In this document: piece by piece, positions 1-13,490 of the stretch
Position numbering within the stretch: position 1 is the first letter of the stretch
Layout: each line of letters opens with the position of its first letter
Source: Stegostoma tigrinum
Lineage: Eukaryota
NCBI RefSeq assembly: GCF_030684315.1
Contig: NC_081360.1
Coordinates: 23,539,033 to 23,603,032 of the forward strand
Direction of reading: 5' to 3'
DNA length: 64,000 nucleotides
Position numbers and translations under genes: made by a program
Notes under the pieces: generated by a model
What the model saw: the letters and a program-made list of their open reading frames with translations, nothing else
Database searches by the model: none
What the model was told of the DNA's origin: nothing

Positions 1-239
1 CTGGAATGTTATCTGAATCTCTGGATTAACAGTCCAGCAAAACTACCACTAGGCTATTACTTCCCCTGTGCTGGCATGGACTGTCCTGTTCATAAATGCA
101 ACAGTAGTCAATCCAACCCAGGGACAGTGGATTAATGGACAAACCAGGGGAGACTGAGATTCTCCATTGTTTGCTGTGTATTTGTGTTGACACTGTCACA
201 GAAATCGGCATGATCTTTCCTACTACCATTTTGATTAAG

Positions 240-1140
240 CCCAGAGTTTTTCATAATATCTATCAACGATTTGATGAAAGAATTAAATGTAATATTTCCA
301 TGTTTGCTGGCAAAACAAAACTAAGTGGGAGTGTTAGTGGTGAAGAGGACGAAGAAACATTTCAGAGTGATTTTGACAGGTTGAGTGAGTGGAAAATGCA
401 TGGCAGATGTAGTTGAATAAGTTAACCTCTTAAAAACAATAAGGCCAATTGTTATTTACGTTATAGTAGATTGAGAAAGTACAAGGGGACAAGGTTGTCC
501 TTGTAAATCAGTCATTAAAAGCAAACATTTAGTTGCTGCAAACATTTAGGAAGGCAAATGGCTTCTCGGCTTTCTTTACAAGAGGCTTTAAGTACAGAAG
601 CAAGGAAGTCTTACGATAGCTCGGTGAAGCCACAACTGGAGTGTAGTGTACAGTCTCGGTCTCCTTACCTAAGAAGATATGATTGGCATTGAGGGAGTGC
701 AGTGAAGGTTCATGACAATTATTCCTGTGATGGCCGGTTTGTCATATGAGTCGAGTTTACGTCGGTTGGATGTATATTCAGTGGAGTTTAGAAGAATGAG
801 AGAGAATTTAGTTGAGAAAATACAATTATGACAGGTTGGCGAGACTAGAAGAAGTAATAACGCTTCTCTGAAATGGGGAAGACCAAAACAAAGGGTCACA
901 GTCTCAGGAGATGGGATTGGTTATTTTGGGCTGAGCGTGGAGAAATCTCTTCATTCAGAGGTTCGTGAACCTGTGGAATTCACAACCACAGAAAGCTGTA
1001 GAGATACGTCACCTCACATATTTAAGAAAGAAATAGGTAGATTTCTAGAAGCTAAAGGTGAATAGATGAATGGGGAGACAGAGAACATGGCAGATAGAGA
1101 TAGAAGAAGTTTGTACTCAATGGGCTGAATGTCCTAATTT
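240..1140 (+). mobile_element. degenerate CR1-type LINE 3' fragment (RT C-terminus and 3'UTR)
   Basis: Translation similar to 'SKFADDTKL...LQ.D.DRL.EW'; lies in a copy 1 intron. Confidence 0.8.
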
Positions 1141-1636
1141 TGCTCCTATTTTCAATATTTCTATATTTCTATTCAATGAGGAGATGGTAAATGATGCTTC
1201 CCTCATGAAGCCATCAGTTGTGTGTGTCCTGCTATCAAAGTTCTTATCGCAGAAACGTATTTTCTATGATTCTAGAAAATTCTATAATTTAGGAAACAGC
1301 TAATGTCCATTAGACATCATTCAGCAATCCACGAACAACAACTGAAAAACTGAAAAGCCTAACAGCAAATGATTTTCAGGGCTTCCTTTGTTGGATATTC
1401 AGTCAATCACAATCTTCAGACTATATTGCAATGTAGCTGGGATATCTGATGTTGTATCCATTAAGCTCAGTGCCGAGAGTTTGATACAGAATAGCAGCAA
1501 TAATGTGGATTCAGATCCTGCTCCTTTTGAGTAAGTTATTATGACTGATCTCTTCAGCCTGGGACAAACTATGAATCAGTTAATGCGGGTGCTCCATGAA
1601 GAGATAGTGTGTTAAATAACTGACATAAATACTCAC

Positions 1637-1681
1637 ATCTGGAAAGTCCTCAAGAGATGTTTCTGTTGACTTATTTTGTAC
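1637..1681 (-). CDS. copy 1 micro-exon (45 nt) VQNKSTETSLEDFPD
   Basis: tccag|...|gtgagt; homolog of 20912-20956. Confidence 0.8.
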
Positions 1682-4050
1682 CTGGAGTAAAACATTCAGA
1701 TTTAAATATTTTATCTTCTAAACCTTGAATTTTAGAATCATTTCAAAACATAACTTCTAAACGATGCCACATTTCAAATGAGTAAGTGGCAGTCCTTGCA
1801 AATTTTGGAATTGGGATTCAGTGCTGGACTGAACCAAACAGCTCCTGTTCTCCAGTGCAGCAAGAATTGACCCTGCTCTGGAACGTTCAGGCTTTGGTGT
1901 TGTTAGTTAAACTCGTCAAGTGTGAGATATGCCATTGAATCTGCAGTGCCCACTCTGCACAATATCCGTTACAAAGGAAGTGCTAGTAATTATAGACTAC
2001 TATTATTGAGAATGTAAGAAAGGCCATTCTCCTGATGCCGGCATTTATGCCTGATCAGACCTGTGGATATTCTACTGGCTTTACCTTCACTGAAGGCAAG
2101 ACACCTTGAGTGTATGTGAGTTTAAACATCAGACTCCCCACCCGCAGTTTTTTCAGGCTGAAATAAATAATCATTTCACACTTCATTCTGAAGCATTTGG
2201 ATTCTGGATTCTACTCATTTTTGTAGATAATTTGGATCAGGAGGAAAGTAATCTTTCAGAATTCCCAGTTTCTACTTACATTGGATGATTCTTTGATTCC
2301 TTTCTCCTTTGATTTGGTTTTGAGCTGGAATAAAATATTAACATATCTATATTTAATACAGAAGACCAATGAGGAATCTGGTAAACTATCTGAAATGTAA
2401 TATCTTCCAGTATCTTGTTGTATATAATTTTGAGGTTACCTCGACACTGTTTTCACTTGACTCAAATGATCCACTTTTACCGTTGATTGTCTTCAGCCCT
2501 CTGCACTCCACATCAACTTCTATAACCTCATCAGCATAATATTCAACGTGGCTTTTGCAAAAGCCTTTCTCCTGTCAAAACGGATTTGATTAAAATTACA
2601 CTCAGTACTTGCATGCTATAAAGCAGTACACGGTGCACTTTCTATCATATATCGCAATTTGAGCAGCTCTATCTATGTTATATAATCCAGTGCACATGGT
2701 TTTTCTGAGATGTAACTCGGCATACAGGGCCCTTCTTGTGATACACATCTGCTGATATGAGTGTGACAATATAACTCAGAACTTACTGCAGACTTTTTGG
2801 TTCGGAAGCGACAGCTGCGATCATCAAATTCCAGTCCAGAATTCTTGGAGCAGACTGTTTCTTTCACAGAGAATGTTAAATCCACATTGTACGACAATTT
2901 TCCTGTGCGATGAATCTAATGAGAGGGAAACAGTTCATTAGTAACATAGATACACAAGCAGGAGGCTGGAAAAATACAGCAAGCTAGGCAGCATCTGGAA
3001 GAGGAGGAATACTGCATCCAGTTCTGGTCGCCCTATTATAGGAAAGATGTGGATGCTTTGGAGAGGGTTCAGAGGAGGTTTACCAGAATGCTGCCTGGAC
3101 TGGCGGGTTTATCTTATGAAGAGAGGTTGACTGAGCTCGGACTTTTTTCATTGGAGAAAAGGAGGAGGAGAGGAGACCTAATTGAGGTATACAAGATAAT
3201 GAGAGGCATAGATAGAGTTGATAGCCAGAGACTATTTTCCAGGGCAGAAAAGGCTAACACGAGGGGTCATAGTTTTAAGCTGGTTGGAGGAAAGTATAGA
3301 GAGGATGTCAGAGGTGGGTTCTTTACACAGAGAGTTGTGAGAGCATGGAATGCGTTGCCAGCAGCAGTTGTAGAAGCAAGGTCATTGGGGACATTTAAGA
3401 GACTGCTGGACATGCATATGGTCACAGAAATTTGAGGGTGCATACATGAGGATCAATGGTCGGCACAACATCGTGGGCTGAAGGGCCTGTTCTGTGCTGT
3501 ACTGTTCTATGTTCTATGTTCTATGAATCAATGTTTTGGGTATTACCCTTCTTCGGGGATGAATGCTGGGGTAGGGGAAGCTAGAGATAGAGGGAGGGGT
3601 GAGGGGTAGCGGAATGGTGGTGATAGGTGGACTCCCATCAGTATGTGTAATATAACATTATGCTTCTGTTTAATAATTCGTGTCACACCGCGCTCAGTAA
3701 TATTCTTCTAGAATTTTGAGAGTGAAACCGACTGAGACCAGGACATACTTACATCCTTCACACTTCTCCTGGTTATCCTACACAGATTGCTGGTCTCAGT
3801 GATTTGGTTCAGTTTTAGAACAGACGCTCTCAGTGCATCCTTTGGGCTTGGTATTCCTGTCGAGAGAAAAGGAAAGTTGTACAAATCATTCTGGAGTTCT
3901 TCAGTGAGTTATTTTTACACATTGGTGATATCTCAGCGACTGAGACTCATTAGCAGTAATTTGTTCCTCAATGGGGTGATGCTCTCTCTGGTACCTACCT
4001 GAGCAGTGGAGAATCTGCACTGCAGCAATGGTGAGGAGGAAGGCTTTCAT
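1637..4050 (-). CDS. SPP2/Spp24-like paralog, copy 1 (3'-incomplete). Exons 3999-4050, 3753-3856, 2787-2915, 2440-2571, 2280-2324, 1637-1681; the rest presumably lies left of the window
   Basis: All introns are GT-AG with a consistent frame. Spliced protein: MKAFLLTIAAVQILHCS-GIPSPKDALRASVLKLNQITETSNLCRITRRSVKD-IHRTGKLSYNVDLTFSVKETVCSKNSGLEFDDRSCRFRTKKSA-EKGFCKSHVEYYADEVIEVDVECRGLKTINGKSGSFESSENSVE-LKTKSKEKGIKESSN-VQNKSTETSLEDFPD. The motifs DAL.ASV.K.N, F.V.ET.C.K.SG and C-x17-C match mammalian SPP2 as recalled. Confidence 0.85.
2280..2324 (-). CDS. copy 1 micro-exon (45 nt) LKTKSKEKGIKESSN
   Basis: ttccag|...|gtaagt; positional homolog of 21551-21595. Confidence 0.75.
2440..2571 (-). CDS. 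copy 1 exon 4 (132 nt, C-x17-C loop plus Ser/Glu stretch)
   Basis: cag|GAG AAA...GTC GAG|gtaacc. Confidence 0.9.
2787..2915 (-). CDS. copy 1 exon 3 (129 nt, first disulfide loop)
   Basis: tag|ATT CAT...TCT GCA|gtaagt; overlaps track ORF 2673..2897. Confidence 0.9.
3005..3525 (+). mobile_element. young 5'-truncated CR1-type LINE with a (TTCTATG)n tail, nested in a short Penelope-end fragment
   Basis: Uninterrupted ORF 3049..3435 (ALERVQRRFTRMLPG...RGDLIEVYKIM); microsatellite tail. Confidence 0.9.
3753..3856 (-). CDS. copy 1 exon 2 (104 nt)
   Basis: cag|GA ATA CCA...AAG GAT|gtaagt. Confidence 0.88.
3999..4050 (-). CDS. copy 1 exon 1 (signal peptide, 52 nt)
   Basis: ATG at 4050; MKAFLLTIAAVQILHCS+G; donor GTAGGT. 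Confidence 0.88.
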
Positions 4051-4140
4051 TCTGCCTCTTGTGTGATCGGCTGGCTGCTTTCTCAGAGTAAAGGAGCTGC
4101 TTCTCTCTCTTGCTGTGCCCTTTCCTTGCTGCGTTCAGTC

Positions 4141-4187
4141 TTTATATCTCGCGCCTCCACCACATTCAAACACTGACTCATATTTAC
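4141..4187 (-). promoter_or_regulatory. copy 1 proximal promoter: TATAAA (4141-4146), Runx-type ACCACA (4159-4164), AP-1 TGACTCA (4174-4180), forkhead-type TATTTAC (4181-4187)
   Basis: Motifs read directly, about 90 nt upstream of the ATG; same order in all three copies. Confidence 0.7.
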
Positions 4188-4599
4188 ACAGTTTTGGTCC
4201 CGGGCAGGGAAAGCTGCTGCCAAGTGGCTCTAATATGGTCAGAGCTTCTGCCCAGTATCGTCATCATGTTTAGATTTGGTGAGATCAGAGATTATTTTTC
4301 AGCATGTGAAATTATGAATTGACAAGAAGACGGGAAATTATCTGCTGTAATTTTCACAATATATGCATGTCAGTGTTCCTGTGTTTACACAGCTAAATGT
4401 GTTTTACACATTCAGTGCACAAAGCGTATTGAGCTCATGTTGAATCAATTATTGTTGCAAAAAATAATCATTGTACGTTTACAAAGCTCACCATTTCTAT
4501 TTCACAAATTGTTCTTCAAGTTCAGGTGTTGAAGACATGCACTAGGTACTGTGAATTTGTAGAGCACACTGGTCAATTGACTCCACTTTCTTGCCCCTC

Positions 4600-4925
4600 A
4601 TAGAATTCATGAAGTGTGGAAGCAGACCATTTGGCTGATTGAATCCACACTAACCCTCCGAGGAGTATCCCATCCAGAGCCAACCCCTACCCTATCCCTG
4701 TAACTCTACGTATCCCATGGCTAATCCACCTAGCCTGCACATACTTGGATACTATGGGCAATTTCCCATGGCAAATCCACATAACCTGCACATCGTTGGA
4801 CTGTGGGAGGAAACCCATGCAGACTCATGAAGAATATGTAAGGCCCTCAGAGATAAGGCTGGAATCGAACCTAGGTCCCTGATATTGTGAGGCAGCAATG
4901 CTAACCACTGACCCACCATGCTATC
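4600..4925 (-). mobile_element. HE1-like tRNA-derived SINE
   Basis: Same family as 13170-13490, 14205-14450 and 53270-53625; a partial plus-strand copy is at about 4995-5200. Confidence 0.75.
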
Positions 4926-5754
4926 CCATATTGTTACAATCTTGTTAAAATCAGTCCCTAGGTGAGGTACCCTAATTTGTTATAGTTTCAGGGTTCAAAG
5001 ATGTGCAGGTTAGGTGGATTGCCATGCTAAAATTGCCCCATGGTGTCCAGGCATGTGCAGGCTAAATAGATTAGTTGTGGGAAATACAGGATAACAGGGA
5101 TAAGGTGAGGGGCTGGGTCTGGGTGGGATGTTCCTGGACGGCCAGTGCAGACTCGATGGGCTGAATGACCTGCTCTTGTACTTTAGGGATTCTATGTTTC
5201 TACCTCAAACAGTTAATCTGCCAGGTGAGGTAGATTGAATTGACCCCCTGCCTTATTTTCCATACCCGCTCCCAGTTGTTTACAACAAAGGTCTCGACTT
5301 GAAACATCAACTTTCCTGCTCCTCCGATGCTGCTTGGCCTGTTGTGTTCATCTAGCTTCACACTGCGTTATCTCAGATTCTCCAGCGTCCGCAGTTCCTA
5401 CTATCTCTGATTATGGAAAAGATCTGTTTCCTTGCGAATACCTTTCTTCCAGAACCCCCCAAAAAATTAGGTGCTAAAGGGACCAGATTTAATCTGGATT
5501 TCTTGAATTTAAAAGAAAACAGTTTAGCAATGCAACACATATACGTGTAGAGTCGACAAAGAGATGAATTGAAAAAGATAAAATTTAAAATGAAGTGTAT
5601 GAATCAGTCTCTGTTCCGAAGGTGCAGACAGTTGAATATTTTGGCTGTGACATTAAATCCTAGGGTAATGTTGACCTTGGTAGTTCAATAGTTGATTGCA
5701 AGACTTTTGGCTTTGTAAGTTGAGCAAAAGTGTTTTTTCCTGATCATAATGAAC

Positions 5755-6005
5755 AAAAGAACAAATCACAATACTGACAGGAACAGGCCCTTTGGCCCTC
5801 CAAGCCTGCTTTGACACATTTTGCTCTTCCAAAATTAAAATTGTCTTCACTTACAGGACGTGTATCCCTCTAATCCCTTCCTATTCATGTATTTGTCCAG
5901 ATGCTTCTTGAATGCTGCTGTGTGTCTGCTTCCACCACCATTTCTGGCAGCACGTTCCAGGCACTGACCACTCTTTGTGTGCAAAACATGCTTCACATCA
6001 TCTTT
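5755..6005 (-). mobile_element. CR1-type LINE 3' end
   Basis: Similar to the other CR1 tails (ggcccttt.ggccc...aagcctgc). Confidence 0.7.
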
Positions 6006-7079
6006 TGGCATAGTTATTTGTCATTTGGTTTTGAGTAGAGGGAGATAGTCCTTCTGTTTTTCAGTTTCCTTCTGCCCAGTATGCTAGCTAATTAGTTTTG
6101 GGTGCTTAGAGTAACTCAGCAAACTCATTCATTGAATGAAGGCTGAAATAAGAAAATTACCTACATTGTAATGCAGCAGTCAATTTTGTGCTCAGAATGT
6201 CAGGTAGTGGAGGATGTTCACTTGATTCCTGCAGGGCAGAAGTGCTTAAATGGCTTTTCTCAGACAGGTGACCTTCACAGCACGCCAGTATATGCTCTAG
6301 ATTGTTAGCACTAACTGAGAGAAAAGACTAGGCTGCTTTTTATTTATCATCCATCTTTTGCATATTCCTGGAAGACCAAAGTGTAACATTTCTGCATGAG
6401 ATTGCTTTCTGTTGATTGGAAGGAGATTGTAACTTTTGTTTAAAAAGTCACAATTTCAAGCCCATGGCACTCCAAGGTTTTGATCTGTCGTCACGCTAAT
6501 CTTCCATTGATGTTTTATAACTTGCTGGACTTGGACGTTAATTATCTATTAAACACAGCAGAGAGGTTGAAAACATGATTAAATTCTTTTTCAAAGCGTG
6601 TGATCATTGTGACCAGATTGTTAATCATTCTCTGTGTCTGAGCAGGGAAGTGATTTGTAATATGGAGTTTTATCTCTGCAAGTAGTCAATTGTTGTGGAG
6701 ATTTTCAAAGTCTAACATTTAGAGTGTTAAGTTTCTTCATTAAATTTAACCTCTGTGTCTAATTTTTCTGTCTCATAATGTAACTTTCTTTTCCTTACTA
6801 TATTTCTTTTTGACAGTTGACTTTGACATGCACAGGACTTCCTTCTCTGTCATCATTTTGTTTCTTTCATCTCTTAAATATCATCTCTTCAGCAGATAGA
6901 CAATAGCATCATGCATCATGGTCCCGAAAAGCCCACTTTGCTTGTCATCCTGTTGTCATGGTACATGCTTAGTAACTTTCAGCAGCAAAATATCTTCAAG
7001 ATGAAGGTGCGGAATAAATGTTTGCCGATGTTGCACAACATAGGATGTTGGCTGTGGGGGGCGGAGAGGTGGTGGGGAC

Positions 7080-7292
7080 GGGCGGGTCCCCTATTTACAA
7101 ACATCTTCCTTATAAATGTTCATACTTATGAACGTAAACCCATACAGGGGTGTCATTTTAAATATCCGACGTTCAAACATTTTCTGTACTTACGAACTGC
7201 TACTTTGGGTTCTCCTGCATTGTGTTTCAACCTGCGTACAAGTCAACTTAAGGAGTCAGGAATTGAACCCATTTACAAACAGGGACTGTCTT
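7080..7292. mobile_element. possible Tigger/pogo-like MITE remnant
   Basis: Imperfect inverted ends (gtcccct... / ...agggac) and internal repeated 'cttacgaac'-like motifs. Confidence 0.4.
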
Positions 7293-8479
7293 AAATTGTT
7301 CTAGCTAGCCATTGCCAAATACGGTCTAGGAACTCACAGAGCTCATGGCGAGTGCATCATGTGTCATCTCATATATTGCACCTGGGAATTTTATGCTGCT
7401 TTATAGCAATTCCCAGAGACAGAGAGTTGAATTAATTTTCTTATGTGTGACCAATGGGCAAATCAAGTGAGCATCCTCCACTGCCTGACATTCTGAGCAC
7501 AAAATTGACTGCTACATTACAATATAGTTAATTTTCTTATTTCTACCTACATTCAATGAATGTGCTTGCAGAGTTAATACCAGACTCTGCACATGTCAAT
7601 GAATAACAACTAATATACACAGTCATGTGTATATCTGTATTCAGCAATACCCAAAGTTAATGGTTTGTCTTGACTTGTGCATTTCAGTGTTGCAGATACA
7701 GTAAATTTTGGCCATTAATTTGTGCGGTCTTAACGTCATGCGCAACACTTGTGATCAAAATCAATGCTTGCTGACTCTGAACGGGTTTCTGAAAAGAAAC
7801 CATTGAGCAAAATCACAGCAAATACCAGAACTTCTCTGTAGCTGTAACGTACTCCTGACAACAGAAACCATTTAACTCTACATGTGTAGGCGCTGCATCC
7901 ACAGATTTATTTTGGGCTGGGGGGTTATTGACACTTGCGGAAAAGTCAATGGTCAGAGGTTCCTGCCTTCCCGGCCACATGACGCTGTGAGGAGGCCCAA
8001 GGTTTACTGTGGGAGGAGAACAAGGAGGATGAGGGGGAGGGGAAAAACCAAGAGAAGCCTAGCATTGAGCAGTTCAACAAAAGAAGAAAGCTCTGAAGTT
8101 GAACAGATGCCAAATTCAACAGAAAAACAGGAATTAGATTTCAATTAACAACATCAGATATTCAAAACAGAATCTTTAAGACTTTAAAAGACTTTAAGCA
8201 ATCTTTGAAATGGCTCATGTTGTTGCAGATTGGAGATTTAAACAGACCGCGCCCTATTTCATAATATTTGAATCAATCTCATTTGGTTGCTTGCCAGCAC
8301 GTTCCTGCTGCTTATTTATTTTGCAGTTCAATATTTACATCCCACCTCTTCTCAAAATGAATGTTGCTTGTGGCCAATCTTCAAAGTGAAGATAGATGCT
8401 TGAATGTAATAGCCAATGAAGGTTATTGTAGGCTGGTAGTTAGAATGAGAGTAAACAGAAGAGTGTCACTTAAATTGGG

Positions 8480-8600
8480 ATTATTCCAGTTCCCTCTCCC
8501 CATCCCCCTCTCTGATGAAGGGTCTAGGCCCGAAACGTCAGCTTTTGTGCTCCTGAGATGCTGCTTGGCCTGCTGTGTTCATCCAGCCTCACATTTTATT
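8480..8600 (+). mobile_element. Penelope-like element terminal fragment
   Basis: ccctctctgatgaagggtctaggcccgaaacgtcagc... matches the end of the 25270-26720 element; related copies at about 5290-5410, 24510-24625, 47508-47848, 50627-50727 and 54780-55000. Confidence 0.8.
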
Positions 8601-11600
8601 GTCAGTGTCACTTAAGTTGTCTATTTGTAGAAATGGGGAGAAACTGGATCTGCCTGAGATGCTACAATTTATTCAAAAGCAAGATTTTCCACTGAAGGTG
8701 TCAGTGGATTAGCATTTTAAAAAGCAATGATCCGATAATGAGCTCATTACAGACAGAGCTGCCAATGAAATTCTATAGTCAATATTTATGCTCTGGGTAT
8801 CCAGATAGATTTAGGAACATTGTTGACTTTAGCGATGTAATTTACTCCTGATTGCATTCCTGCAAATAAATTATATTTCATTTCAGACAATAGAATCCCT
8901 TCTTGTTAAGATTCACTTGAAGGCATCAAGCTTTCCAACCATGGTCTGGTAATGGTTGGCATTGCATTGCAAATAACAATTTTTATCTTTGAACAATTTG
9001 AGGGTGCATATGTGGGAGTTTTGGTGTGCAAAGTAAATATTCACAAGAAAGGTATTGGCAAGAGGTTCTTCTGGAGAGATCTAAAGGTTAGAGTGACAGT
9101 AAATGGGAATACTTTGTTCTTTGTCATAGGGCAGCATACTAGTCCTTATAGAATGTAGCATCAGCTTTTCCTTGAGTTGCCACACCTCAATCACTGAAAG
9201 TTTGTCAGATCATTGAACCGTTTCCTACATTTCTGTAGGAAAATTTCATTTCTTCTTAAATTTTTAAGCAGCGATGAATGCAGGCTATTTCCCTCATTCC
9301 TCCAAAAGGCTTCACCTTGCCTGAGCTACACCAGCAAGAACTCCAATTCACTATTTACAAATGACAAGTTGTCCTGTCAATTTTTCCATCTCCACAAACC
9401 TTTATCTTGTGCATATCCTTTCATGTGGTCTGTTATGAAATACCTGTTGAGAAGTCAAAAACACTACATCCATGGTTTCCCTCTCCCTTCCTGCCAACTG
9501 TGGCCTGTAGGTCTCCTTTCTCATCCTCATTTTCTTGAATAGCAGTCTTTTTTTGCAACCAAACAATCTGTTGTATCTGCTCCAGAATCTAGGTAATTTT
9601 GGAAGTTTATAGATATGTTTGTCCTCTTATAGAACACTAGAATGTCAGCTATCAACCCTAGAGATTTGTTGGATTTTAGCACAATTAATTTATCCAATAA
9701 TTTAAGTTTTTATTAAGTTCCTCATTCTCATTAGATTCTTAATTTTTCAATGTTTCGGATTTTTTTTTAACCACAAAGTGAGACACTAAATATTTGTTAA
9801 TTGTCTCTGTTGTTTTCCTCTTTGTAATTATAATTATTCCTGTCCTTGTCTCAAAGGAATAGTGTTGTCTTTTGCTACTCTCCTTCTTTTATTATGCTTG
9901 TAAAAAGTATTAGAGCCAAAGTTTATGCCATCTTTGACAAGAAAAGTGGCAGAATCATGCAGGAGGATTGCATTGAGGATTATCTTGACATGAGAAATAT
10001 CTCATTGCATCTTTTAACTAAATTTGGGCATTGAGGCAAAATTCTAAGGAGGAAGTGACAAGTTGAGCATTAAATGGGTTATTCATTATTAACGACCTCA
10101 TTACTTTGCGGCATTCTATTGTACAATCCGCTGTGAACAAATTCAATGTTGAAACTTCTCAACATGGGTATCACAGCAGGCACCTGCAAACTTCAGCTCA
10201 CTGCTTGTTCTAAAAGAACTCCATGTTGAGAACTAGGTCTCAGCTTTTCAGGGCAAACTTAATCAGTACCAGCGATGTGCAGCCCAGATAGACAGACATT
10301 GGCATCCAAGATGTGCTAGCCTCTAAGAACACTCATGGTACATCTTCAATCCACTTCTGCACTTCAATGCTATACCTCAGGGTGCAACAGCAGCTATCAT
10401 TGCCATGCTGTACTCAGGGGCACACACCCAGCTCATGGAGTGGGCCAGGCTCAATCTTCAGCCTCTTTGCTTGTTGTCTTCGCATTCACTCATGATGTAT
10501 TTACCTGGATGCTCATAGCCTCCTGTCCTTGACTTTTTTGCCTTGCCTGCTTGTACCCTAGCCCTCAGCCAGACATATCAAGCTCACAGTATTGCCGTAT
10601 TACCTTACCATTTACTGCAGGCACAAAGCCAGGAAGCTTGTTATGGCCGTCAGCAATCCTCAGTCAAGTCATGGGCAATAGCTTTGTCTCAGAAGATCCT
10701 CGCGCATTAAGTCAAAGGCAGCCTCCAATAACACCAGTGGGTTGGATAAGGCGACTTGTGGTGGTCACTTAGCCAATTACTATATCTGGGGCAGTATCCT
10801 TTCTACATGAGGGTTAGGGAGCTGAATGTGAAGAAGCCCATCACCCCTCCTTCTGCCCTGTAGTCATCCCTGTGAAATGGGAGCGAGGTTTGTATTATGG
10901 TAGATGAAAGTGTTGGTACAGTCCTTACTTTTGCTTCAGTTAGGAAGTTATAGAGTCATAGCACCACAGAGCATGGAAACAGACCCTTTGGTCCAACCAG
11001 CCTATGCTGAACATGATCTCAAATTAAACTTGTCCCACCTGCCCACTCTTGGCCCACGACTCTCCAATACTTTCCTATTTATGTATCCATCCAAATGTTT
11101 TTAAACCCACATCCGCCACTTCATCAGGAAGTTCATTCCATGTGTGAATCACCCTCTGTGTAAAAAGTTTTTCTCTTATGTCTTTTAAATCTCGCTCTTC
11201 TCACTTTAAATATGTACCACCTAGTCTTGAAATCCCCCACCCTAGGGAAAAGACCCCTGCCATTCGCCTTATTTGTGTTCCTCATAATTTTATAAACCTC
11301 TATAAGGTCACATCTCAATCTTCTATGTTCCAGTGAAAAGTGTCCCAGCCTATCCAGCTTCTCTTTATGACTCAAACCCTCTATTCCTGGCAACATCCTG
11401 GTGAATCTCTTTTGAACTTTCTTCAGTTTAATAATATCCTTTCTATAACTGGGCAACCAGAACAGGACACAGTACTCCAGAGGAGGCCTCACCAACATCC
11501 TGTACAACCTCAAATTGACTTCCCAATTCCTCTACTCAAAGGGCTGTACGATGAAAGCAAATATGCCAAATCCATTTTCAACCACCCTGTCTGTGAGTGA

Positions 11601-12113
11601 TGCAAACTTCAAAGAATTATGTACCTGCACCCCATGTCCCTCTATTTTACAACACTACTGAAGGCCCTACCATTATCTGTATAAGACCTAGCTTTGTTTG
11701 TTGTACCAAAATGCAATGTCTACTATTTATCCAGATTGAACACCATCTGCTATTTTTCAGCTCATTGACCCATTTGATCAAGATTCCTTTGTAATCTCAG
11801 AAAACCTTCTTCACTCTCTACTATCTCACCAATTTTGGTTTCATCCGCAAACTTATTAATCTTGCCTTCTATATTCTCATCCAAATTATTTATATAAATG
11901 GCAAACAAAAGACGACCCAGAACCAATACCTGAGGAACACCGTTGGTCACAAGCCTCCAGTCCAAAAGGCAATGCTTCATTCACTCTCTGTCTCCTGCCA
12001 TTGACCCAATCATGTATCCAATTGGCAAGGTCACCCTGAATCCTATGTGATCTAACTCTACTAATTACTCTACCATGCAGAACCTTGTTAAAGGCTTTAC
12101 TAAAATCCAAATA

Positions 12114-12443
12114 CAGGTAGTTTTGCTACAACACGTGTTTTGTTAATGTGAATTACCTGTAACATAATTGATGAATAGTAGACGCTGTTTGGATAATGTG
12201 AATTTTCTACAGCACAAATATAGTGATTTTCTGTAGTAATTTCCCTATAACATGATCTTCTATAGCTTGAGGTCACACAAAATTTCTAATGTTCCATGGT
12301 AGGTCATTGTGTTGTCACACTAAAGCTTCAAGTGTAGTAAGGTTTAAATACAACAGAGCAATTAATGGTTAACATTGTAATGCTCACAGCATCCAGGATA
12401 GGTATCAGTGTCTACAACTGTCGCATTGTAGGAGAACTACTTG
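12114..12443. mobile_element. Tc1/mariner-superfamily (Tigger-like) MITE with TA target duplication, inserted in the LINE
   Basis: TA|CAGGTAGTTTTGCTACAA ... TTGTAGGAGAACTACTTG|TA imperfect terminal inverted repeats; the LINE RT sequence resumes on both sides. Confidence 0.75.
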
Positions 12444-13169
12444 TAAACAATGTCTACTACTCTGCCTTCACTAATCTTTTTAGTGATTTTCTCAAACAAC
12501 TCAATTAAGTTTGTAAGATACGATTTTCCTCTCATAAAGCCATGCTGACCATTCCTAATCAATTGTTGTCTCTCCAAATGTCCGTAAATCCTATCTTTTG
12601 TAATCACCTCCAAAAATTTGCCCACAACTGAAGTCAGACTCACAGGTCCATCCTTCCCCAGTTTCTCCCTACAACTTTTCTTAAACAAAGGTAGAGCATT
12701 AACCACCCTCCAGTCATCAGGCATCTCACCTGTCATTATGGATTTCTGTGAGGGATCTTGTAATTTTCTCCGTTACTTCCCGCAATTTTCAGGGAACAGT
12801 TAGATCAGGTCCTGGAGATTTATCCATGTTTATATTCTCTAAGACCTCCCAACATCCTCTTCTGTAATGTGAACCATTTTAAAAACATCAAAGTTTATTT
12901 CTCTACATTCTCTAGACTCCAAATCTTTCTCCAAAGTAAAAGTTGATGGGAAATATTCATTTAGTATCTTTCCCAAGCCCATGGGTTCTAAACAAAGATG
13001 GCTTCCTTGATCTTTAAAAGGCCCTGTCCTCTCTCTAGTTACCTTCTTGCTTTTAATATATTTGTAGAATCTCTTTGAATTATCCTTAAACTCATCTGTC
13101 AATGCTACCTTCTATCCCTTCTTTGCATTCCTGACTTCTCTCTAAAGAATGCCCCAACACTCTTTATTT

Positions 13170-13490
13170 CATCGATCCCTACTGTGTGGAAACTGGGCCT
13201 TTGGCCCAACAAGTCCACACCTATACTCAGAGCATCCCAACCCGACCCATCCCCCTATAACCCACCTAATCTACTCATCCCTGAATGCTATAGGCAATTT
13301 AGCACGGCCAATCCACCTAGCCTGCACATCTTTGGACTGTGGGAGGAAACCAGAGCACCTGGAGGAAACCCATGCAGACACAGGGAAAATTTGCAAACCC
13401 CACACAGACAGTCACTTGAGGGTGGGATCGAACCTGGGTTTCTGGTGCTGTGAGGCAGCACTGCTAACTACTGAGCCACCATGCCACGCT
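13170..13490 (-). mobile_element. HE1-like SINE nested in the LINE
   Basis: tRNA-like head plus 'ggaggaaacccatgcagacacaggg' core. Confidence 0.8.

Noticed and set aside
3787-4322. Plus-strand ORFs repeated at 3787-4322, 22762-22944, 44378-44563 and 46582-46839
   Set aside because: They are antisense shadows of the duplicated minus-strand exons and promoters.
7882-8148. ORF ending in an acidic Ser/Glu stretch (SSSTKEESSEVE) as another phosphoprotein exon
   Set aside because: It is on the opposite strand to the cluster, has no convincing splice context, and its 5' part is the non-coding block whose other copies do not preserve this frame.
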